From Gracilinanus agilis (taxonomy: Eukaryota), in contig NC_058133.1 of assembly GCF_016433145.1 (NCBI RefSeq), positions 476,105,058 to 476,169,057 of the forward strand: DNA of 64,000 bases, written 5' to 3'. A program made the position numbers and the translations under genes. A model generated the notes under the pieces. The model saw nothing but the letters and a program-made list of their open reading frames with translations, had not been told where the DNA came from and did no database searches. Of this stretch, positions 55,184-64,000 are shown one piece after another (positions within the stretch are counted from its first letter, which is position 1; each line of letters starts with the position of its first letter).

Positions 55184-56345
55184 GTATCTTCTCAACCTCT
55201 TTCTGCCCCTGCCCCACAACATCCCAACATTATTCTTGGGCCTACCTTCTTCCTAGCCCTCAGGTAAATGAGTGAAAACAATGGAAAGGAAGGAATCCTA
55301 CAAGGGTGAAGGGAAGAAGCAAGTGGCAGCTAGAGAGAGAGGTGATTTAGGGCCCGGGGAAGAAAGGTAGGAGGAGGTCCGGACCAATGGGGAGGAGGAG
55401 AACAGAGCTAATCTAGGTTGGGGGGTGTTGCAAGCTCCAGCTCTCTTTCTCTTAGGTGGGGGCGGAAGGGGAGGGGTAGATAATAGCTTAGAAGTGAAGA
55501 GGAAATGGTGGTTTCTTCTCACAAACAGGGCCTCTACCCCAAGCTTCCTTCCCTACCAACAACGGTTTTTGTCCTGTCTTGTCTCTCCTCATAACCCGAC
55601 CCCTTTCCCCTCACCCCTATTACTTAAATTTCTATAAAAACAAATGAGGCCTTTTCTATCTCAGAGCCTTAGACTCTAGGGAAAAAAAAAAAAAGACCAC
55701 AATTAGACTTTAGAGAAGCCTTGCTGACAAATTAAGACTTCTCCCCAAATGCATTGCCTTTGCTCATCTGTCATTTTCCCCAACTAAGGTATTTCTGCCT
55801 TACCCAGAGAATAAAAAACAAGTTCACCTTGAGAGTTAAGGCCCTCTACAATCTGATTTTAACCCATCTTTCTTGTCTTATTTCATGTACTTTTGTTTTT
55901 GTTTTTGCCTTCTACATTCCAGTCCAACACAGGCCTATTAATTAGCTGTTGTCCAGTCTCATTATGTATCTTTTCATCTTCCTGCGTTAGGGCAGAACGA
56001 TCTCGAGGCTTAGAACTTACTCCCTTCTCATTTCTAATGAAATCTTTCTCGTGAAGGCCTGACTCAAGTGTCATGGCCCTCATGAAATCTTCTCCGATTT
56101 TTTCAGATCAAAGTGATCACTCCTGATTGATCTTCCTCAAGTACTTAGGCCAGAGTATTCCTTGGTCCCATTAATTTCTATCTTGGGCCATACTAACTTG
56201 CCCCTGTTAGTGCTCTATCCCTATCCCCCTCATTTAGATTTCAAGTTCCTTGAGGGAAGAAAACTTTATGGTTCATCTTTGTATTCCAGAGCCTATGCCT
56301 TGAATATAATGGGTATAATAAATGTTCTTTAAATTGAAATAAATA

Positions 56346-56550
56346 GGGGCAGCTAAATGGCTCAGTGGATAGAGAGCTGGGCTTGGAGACAGGAAGTCCT
56401 GGGTTCAAATGTGGCCTCACATACTTCCTAGCTATGTGATCCTGGGCAAGTAACTTAACCTCCACTGCCAAACCCTCACTGCTCTTCTGCCTTGGAACCA
56501 ATACTGATTCTAAGAGAGAAGGTAGAGGTTTTAAAAAGAAAAAAAAAAGA
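56346..56550 (+). mobile_element. SINE1
   Basis: ggggcagctaaatggctcagtgg head; A tail. Confidence 0.8.
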
Positions 56551-56828
56551 AATTAATCTTTTTGTCCTTCTCTCCAGGGACAGTTTGACATGATTCCTCC
56601 ATTACCTGACTTTGAAAAATAGTCCAGGATTTTATGTGTATGTGTGTATCCACATTTTGTATCTGCATTCTATTCCTGCTTGATTTTGTTTCATGTTTCA
56701 TGTATAGATAGATAGTATGTCGACATCTGGGTATTAATTACATGTATACTGTCTATGTGTGTTTCTCTTCTCCCAAAAAGGCTTTTTTTAACTCAACCTT
56801 CCTCCCATCTCCTACTGTGTAATGTCCT

Positions 56829-57000
56829 ATTCTTTTTTAAACAGTTACCTGTCTGTCTTAGTATCAGTTCTTCTAAGACAGAAGAGTGGCAAGGACTAGG
56901 CAATTGGTCTTCAGTGATTTACCAAGGCTAAGAAGTGTCTGAGGCCACATTTGAACCCAGGTCTGGCGCTCTATCTATCCACTGAGTCACCTAGGTGCCC
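56829..57000 (-). mobile_element. SINE1 (diverged)
   Basis: Reverse-complement body ending ctaggtgccc. Confidence 0.7.
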
Positions 57001-59199
57001 TATCCTGCACCATTCCCCACAAGACCCTTGCATCTCTCCAGCCTTGACCCATTCTGCTCTTCTCTACCACCATCTCATCCAGTCAGGCAGCCTCAATGGC
57101 CAAACGCAGACTAAAAGACACACTCATTGTGGTTTAAAGTGATTAAAGATCTTCAGTACCCATGAGAGTGGGACATTGCAATTTGACATTTATTCCTGTA
57201 TTCACTAAGCATTTCTAAGTGCCTATTAAGTACCAAGCACTATGGTAGGCAATGCAGACACAAAGATGGAAAAAGAACAGTACTTGTCCTCAAAGTAATC
57301 TCTGATGTGTACACAAGATTCTATAGATTCTGTCCAGAAGGAAGTCACAAAATTCGATGTGACTAAGTCACTACTGACCTCTAGGTGTTCCAGGGTCTCC
57401 CTGTTGCCTCTAGAACAAAATAAGAACTCTTGTCTGGCATTCAAAGCCTTTCGCAATCTGACTTCCATATGCAGGAGAAAGAGGCATAGGCAATCTGACT
57501 TCCACATATATTTCCATTGAGACCGATGTCATATGACTCTTTTTCAGATTCTATTACCCAGCCAAACTAACCTTGTAACACGGTAACATGGTCCCTGTAT
57601 GCTCTATTCTATCACCTGTCTCAATCTGTTGTCCCCTTCTCTTGAAATCCTAAGTGCTACTTGCTATGTGAGAATTTTCTTGATTTTTCTTTGTTGTTGG
57701 TCTATACCCAAGCTCTGCCTCGAAATTATCTTGTATTTTCTTTGCTGCATGTATTTCTCATTTACTTATCTGTAACATACTGTCCCCCCCACCACCAGTA
57801 AACTCCTTGAAGGCGTGGACTATTCCGTTTTTCTATTTACTGCCTGTAAATTATTACTTGTAATTACAAATTATAATTATTACTCCTGTAAAAGCAGTAT
57901 TGAGCACATAGGTGATTACTAAATTCTTACTGAATGAAATTGAGTTAAGCACAAAGGACAGATAATAATTCACATTTGTGTAATGAATGGAGGTTTACCA
58001 AGTGTTTTTCTCATTTAGATACAGAATATAAGTATTATTATCCCCCTTTTCCTTAGCAGAGAAGGTGAATTTGAGTGGCCCAGGAGAGCTCTGATGTAAG
58101 GACAAAGTGGATTTCAAAGGGATGAATGAGGAGAAAGGAGACATTCCTAGAATAAAGGATGCCCTGACTGATGAGAGCAGAGAGGCAAGAGGTGTCACAT
58201 CTCATTTGTTCTTAAGTCATTGCTCTAATCTAGATCCAAGAAGGAAGGAGAGCCTCTGTGTTTTAAATTAAGTCCATTTTATGGATGTATTCACCAAAAT
58301 ATATTGCCAATGATTTCAATTTATTAAGTACCGACTGTGCCCAAGTCATTGTGTCATACAATGAGTGTTTGAATTGGGCATAGTCGGTACTTAATAAATG
58401 CCTAATTGAAATCATTGGCAATATATTTTGGTGAATACATCCATAAAATGGATTGGGTATATGAAGCACTCAGTTTGGAAGCTGGTTTCATGCTCCCTAG
58501 ATGTGTAAATGTGGGCAAATTGATTAATCTGATGAAGCCTATCTCCTGATCTGTAAAATGTGGATAAGAATACATGCACCACCTATTTTACAAGTTTAGA
58601 AAAAAAGGACTTTTGGACCTTAATGCCTCTGTGAGTATTTTTTTTTTATTCTACGAAGGGACTTCCCTTCTCCTTAGCCTGGCAGTCCTCAGACTCCTCC
58701 CTACCAAGAACTCAAATGGGAACATAAACATCTAGGCAAGTGAGTGGGGCACGAGGGAGAAGAAAAGAGAAGCTGAAGGACCAGACAAAGGACATCAGCT
58801 AGGACAGACAAATGCGGGTTTGGGGATAGGAGAGGGAGAGGGAACCTGGGATGCGGTGGGGACTCGGTCATAGGATTTGTCTCAGTGGTAACAGTGGGTG
58901 GAAGAGGTCAAGGGGGAAATGGAGAAAACAATGAAGAATCAGAGGAAACACCACCCCCCCCCCCCCATCCAAGGCAGGCTATGTTCAGACTGGCCTCTCC
59001 CGGGAAGCTGAGTGGACAGAGGTAGATGGGGAGGGGGGGGGGGAAAGGGGGTGGCAGCCGAGGGAACAAGGATCCTTCTGTTCCTTCTTCCAAGGACCTG
59101 GCCAGAGCTGGGGGGAGGGAGAGCGTGTTTGGGACTTGGCACCAACGGACGAATGATGCTGAGTGACCAGGAAATTCCGTTCTCTGAGACTTGAGAATC

Positions 59200-61700
59200 T
59201 TTAGGCCATGGAGGTTCAAAAGAGAAACCTCCTGACCCTATGTCTCCCCTCCCCTCTTTCTACGCACCCCCCCCAGCCAGGTGGCCATCTTGTGTGAAAG
59301 TGGGGAGATGGGGGGGAACCACATCAGAGCAGAAAAGGAAGCAAGCAGCTAAAGCATTGAGCAAAGGGTGGGCCTCCGGAGAGAATGGAGCCTCAGGCTG
59401 GAGAGCTCCAGAGGCGGAGTCTCTAAGATTTCCCATCCATATAGTGAGAAGGGGAGTGGCTGAGCACCCCGCTAGGAGGCTAGGGGGCTCCATTCTAGGA
59501 GGGGACTTCCAGATGGTCCGGGAGACCTCCAATTCCTCATTTGTTCTCCAAGAGAAGCGGCGAAATGTCGAGCAAAGGCAATCTGCGGTGCTCAAGGTCA
59601 AAGAGGACTCGGGGGGGGGGGCAGCCTGGGCACCCCGACTTCCAGGGACACAGAAAGGAATAAGGCAGGGTGGCCTGCCTGCTCGAGGACATCTTGCCCT
59701 CTCATCCCCCCAGACCTTGAGATCCACAGCTGGGGCTTGCTGGGGTTGGGGTTTTATGGGCAAAGAATCCTAGAGGGAAGCAGGAGTGCTCTGTTCCCTG
59801 GTCCTACGCTGGCCCCAAACCGGTTTTCCCGGTCCCGCTGCCTCCCAGCCCCCGGCCTCCGGCTTGCTCCCGCTGCCTGACAAGCCTTCACAAGAAGCAG
59901 CTGGAGAGAAAGAGAAAGGAAAAAGGGGGAGAGAAAAGGGGAAACTCTGGGAAGGACACCTCGGCCTCTTCCTGGCAGGGCCCCAGGATGAGGAAGGGGT
60001 GAAGGGCCAAGGAAGGGAGGACAGGACCCCGGATTTTCAGTCAAGTGACAGACTCAAGCAAGCCAGATTCTCCCCTTCTCTTTCCCCCCAGCATCTAGGC
60101 TGGGAGTCGTTGGTGGCATCATACCCCAGGCCTCCTGCGGGACTCCCTCGGATAGACAAGGAATCCCACAAACTCCCCTTTGCTCCCCTCCTGACCCGGA
60201 CCCCCACATTCCCAGAAGTCCTCCTCAAGGTTCTCTTTTCTGTAAGCCTCTCTCTGGCCTGTGGTTTGGAACTTGTAGGCGGAAGTCCACCATCATCCTT
60301 TCCAGTGGGTGCTCCCTTACCTCGCTGGGCCTTATCTGAGCCTCCCCCACCCAGGCCCCTGCCCCCAATCTGCTCCCCCCCCAATCCCAGCATTAGTTAG
60401 CCTGGGGGGGGAGGCCCTCCCCACCCCCACTTCTTCAACCTAGGTTCCCAGCGAACCCTGCCCCGGTCCTTCGGCTGTTCTCCCTGCAAGGAACCCACTA
60501 GACCTAGGTTTGAAGGGCTCTTCTTGGGGGGAGCCAAGTAAACGGGTTTCCTCCTCCCTCACAGCCCCGGCCCCTTCGAATCCATCCAGTCTCAGCCTGG
60601 TTCTACCAGCATCCGGTGGCCCTCCTGCCCCCCCCCCCCCACCTCCAGAGTGGACAAAAGACCAGAGAAGGCCCGACCCCGGCGCTCTGACCTGCCTTTC
60701 CGGGGGACTGAAACGTGCGTGGGGTGGTGATGTTGAGGGGCTTCTGGGCTCCAGCTCTGGGTCCTCCCGTCAGGGACTTCAAGGTTTTCTCTCCTAGGCG
60801 GTGTGGGGGAACAGAGGGCGGGCCTGGAGAGAGGTGGGGCTGGCTGATGGCGGAAACGGTAGCAACTCGATTACGAAATCCGCCTTTTCCCCAGCCCGGC
60901 CCGCAGCTCCCACTCTGGACAGATGGGGGAATGCATGGCTGAGAGAGGAGGGGGCCCGGCTGGGAGCCAGCCCACCCGGCTGTGGCAACCTGGGAGAGCC
61001 TGAGAGGTGGGCTTCCTTCTGCACCCTCCTGCCTGCCCAGGACAGGAAAAAGGGGTGACCCCTCCCCCCCCAGGCACACCTAGCTTGTTTGTTCTTCACT
61101 GAAGGTCAAAAGGAACATTTCTGCCCTTTCTGCAGCCAGGCCTTAGAGACTTCCTGGGTCACACACCTCCCTCTCCCCAAGCTTTGTCTGTGCCCATCCC
61201 TAAGAAGGACAGAGAGAGGTTTATTTTTGCTTGGTCCTCCCAGGTGGGGGTTTGTGGGACAGGGGGATTCTGAGGGATTTCTCTCATTCTCAAAGCCATT
61301 TCACACCTGGGTTCTTTGAAATTGGGGGGGGGGGGACAGGGACACCCCTTTTCCCTTCTAATCTCTTGCTGCAATGTGGAAAGTTTAACTTATAAACCTA
61401 AAAATAAATCAAAGAAACTGGTTACTCATTGCACCAATAGCTAGCAGCTGTTGGGGAGAAATGGGAGTTAATTTACATTAGGACTGGACTTCCAGCGGGC
61501 CTATCTTTTTTTTCTTCGCCTAAAGGGAACAGGCCCTAGAATCATTGAGAATTAGCAGAGTCAGAGGCTGAGGCAGGGAGGGGGAGGGGAGCGGGGGAGT
61601 CCTTCCGCCCCTTTAGGAGGGGCTGCATTGCAGGGGGAGACAGAATAGACAGCGAGAGCGACTCACACTCAGAGAGAGAGAGGCGTGAAAGCAAGGCAGA
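59200..61700. promoter_or_regulatory. GC/CpG-rich divergent promoter region of CDC42SE1(-) and MLLT11(+)
   Basis: Raised GC and CpG, many G/C runs, no retroposons; strong minus-strand donor GAG|GTAAGG at 60321/60320 suggests CDC42SE1 exon 1. Confidence 0.65.
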
Positions 61701-61775
61701 CAAAGCTTCAACTGCAACCTTCTCTTTTCCCCCAAACCTGAGACATTCGTGGCACCCACTAACTATTGGTGATTG
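61630..61775 (+). other. MLLT11: Putative non-coding first exon of MLLT11
   Basis: Consensus donor ATTG|GTAAGT at 61775/61776 after a GA-rich leader; identity rests on synteny only, since the CDS is not in the window. Confidence 0.45.
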
Positions 61776-64000
61776 GTAAGTGGAGCTGAGGGGAAAGGTA
61801 ATTAGGAGGAATAGAGAGAGAAGCAGCCTGTTTTGCAGGGATGGACCTTGGGTTGGACAGGAGGTTCACCGGGAGGACAGGACAGAAAGGCAAAAGAATG
61901 GGAATTTTCAAGAAATCAGCTGATGGATCTATCTATCTATTTGTTCATGGATTTATTTCCATATCTCTATAAGTTTTCAGCTCTATAGAGAGATATATTT
62001 AATAATCTTTCCAAACCTTTTTTCTAGCTATTTGTGCATATATATATTCTCTTTTCCTACAATTTACATTAAATATATATCTTATCTCTATATGCTGATA
62101 TATTCATTTTTCAATCTTTTGATAAATCTCTATCATATTCTATTTTTTCCACTTTAAAAAATCCTTTTAGTATTTTTTTCTGATGTGTCTACCCTCTCCA
62201 AGTAACCAGTGTTTCCCCCGGGAAAGATGTATAGAGGAAGGTGTGTAGGAATAGCGGCCAGTCCTCTGGACATCCATCTTCCCTTGCCTTACCCTTTCTC
62301 TGTAGAGAAAAGGCAGAAATAGGAAAGGGGAGATCATCTGTGGTGGGGAGCTGTCCTGGAATCTTATTTTAATTCAATGCAGTACACAAGAGGAAGAAAA
62401 CCTGAACCCATTTCTGGGGGATTTTATGTTTGCATTTTAGGGGAATGGAGGGAAAGATTAGGTAGGTTCAATGAAAAGGGTTGAGGACAGAATGGGGCAT
62501 TTATCATGGAGGGGCTTTCATAACTCTTCCTTCATGAGTGACATCATCACAGATTCTGTGAGATGAAATAGGATACACGTAGGGTCTGAAGAAGGTTCGA
62601 TGAGTCCAGTCTTTGTGTGGCTGCTAATGGGTGTGTCTCATCTTTGTATTTCTGCATTTATGTATCTCTTCTCTCAGTATGTCTGATAATTATTGCCTGC
62701 ATCAGCACATAAAATTATCTAGATAACTGAGGGCAAAATATGATTTTGCTTGAAATTCTAGATAATTGAAAATGAAGGCTATTACTTCTATCCAAGCAGA
62801 GTCCAGGCAGTGCTTAGCATACAAGGGTGTTTGGTAGAGTAAGGAAAACCTCTTACAAAATTTTGCTTAGAATGGAATTTTGCATGGAATTAAAATGTAG
62901 ACCATCATTATGAAGGCCATTCTGAGCATCATTCAGATAAATTATATATGTAGAACTGGTTTGTTTTTCTGTTTTAAATGGCTGTCCATTTGTTTAGATC
63001 TTTGTTTATGGGTTTCTATCTCTGTATAAACTTCTGTGTTAATGATTTATCTAGATTTTGATCCTAAGCAAATGTTTTTAAAAAGATGTTTTACCTGACT
63101 TAATTGCAAAAAAAAAAAATTAGATGTCCTGCCTTGCCTGTTATGTAAGGACTTTTCTGTTGCCTTTACATCAGAGGAATAGAAAATGGAGTCAGCTCAT
63201 AGGGTCTATTTCTTGCTTTTCATTCACTTATGTTTTCCCCAGTATCAATATTTTAATAGTCAAAAAAATCACATAGTTCTTGCAAATTTAGAGGATATAA
63301 CTAACATAGGATTCATATAGAGAGAGTTTACATAATCCTAAAAGTCCAATCAATGAGTATTAAGAGCTTATTAGCTTAGCACCGTAATAGGTTTTGTAGG
63401 AGATATAAGAAAAGTATAAGCTATCAATCCTATCTTCAAAGAAGCATTGTAATACAACACTTGGAAAATATGTGCTGCAGGTAAGGCGATTTACTGGTAC
63501 CACTGTTTTGCCTTCTAGATTTATTTCTTAGGGTCTCTTAACCCCTAAGATTTTGCAGGATTAAACATATGCAAAGTATCTTTCTTTGTACATGTACATA
63601 TATTTTTGCAAATATTTTTGAGGTGGAGCAGAGAGAGAATATCCCAGGATGATGACCTCACCTTTCCCACATACTTTCCCCATGCTTTGCCAGTCCTCCC
63701 TGCCTCACCCTCCCTTTCTTCTAAGCAACTTCCATGCTGACTAATGCTCAGCTTGTAGGGTTTATTTTAGGGTTCATGCCTGGTTAAAAAGAGAAACAGC
63801 AACAAGGATTAGCTAACATTTTAAAATCCCTTCCAGTCTTTTTATATCCAAGACCTCCATAACCCTATTCCAGCAAAGGTCTTTCCCTTTAAAAGACTCT
63901 ATAAATTTCACACTATTTAAGGAAAATTTTGCACTCTATATGACTAAGACAAGGAGTTATAGGCCCAGAATGGTTGTGATGAGAGATACCACTATTGCAG

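Noticed and set aside
58908-61374. Cluster of 60-200 aa ORFs on both strands
   Set aside because: Expected in GC-rich promoter DNA where stops are rare; no recognisable protein motifs.
61000-61900. REST/RE1 site near the putative MLLT11 promoter
   Set aside because: I looked for TTCAGCACC..GGACAG on both strands by eye and found no convincing match; a PWM scan would be needed.

Overview
Vertebrate nuclear DNA from a didelphid marsupial, most likely Monodelphis domestica or a close relative. This rests on opossum-type SINE1 elements and on marsupial-type mitochondrial sequence with a GCC-anticodon tRNA-Asp. The gene order PRUNE1(+, exons 2-8), BNIPL(+, 10 exons), C1orf56/MENT(+), CDC42SE1(-) and a putative MLLT11 first exon(+) matches the human 1q21.3 block as I recall it. 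Spliced models were rebuilt by hand from GT-AG junctions and keep frame throughout: PRUNE1 441 aa without exon 1, BNIPL 350 aa, CDC42SE1 79 aa. Most unusual: (1) MENT is an 867-aa ORF versus about 341 aa in human. About 600 aa of hierarchical Glu/Gln(/Lys) repeats sit between the conserved N-terminal and Cys-rich C-terminal blocks. (2) PRUNE1 intron 7 holds a nested structure. A solo LTR with a CAAT target-site duplication (TSD) contains a 5'-intact, 3'-truncated L1 with a 17-bp TSD, and a ~3.4-kb NUMT (tRNA-Ser to ND3) that has itself taken five retroposon insertions. (3) PRUNE1 intron 2 holds an internally deleted gamma-like ERV with a tRNA-Arg primer-binding site (PBS). Its 3' LTR runs on into a PBS-like decamer and a short tail, a pattern echoed in two other LTRs here. 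Repeat family names come from recalled motifs, not database searches, and repeat boundaries are approximate unless a TSD is given. There is a 161-N assembly gap at 38450-38610.
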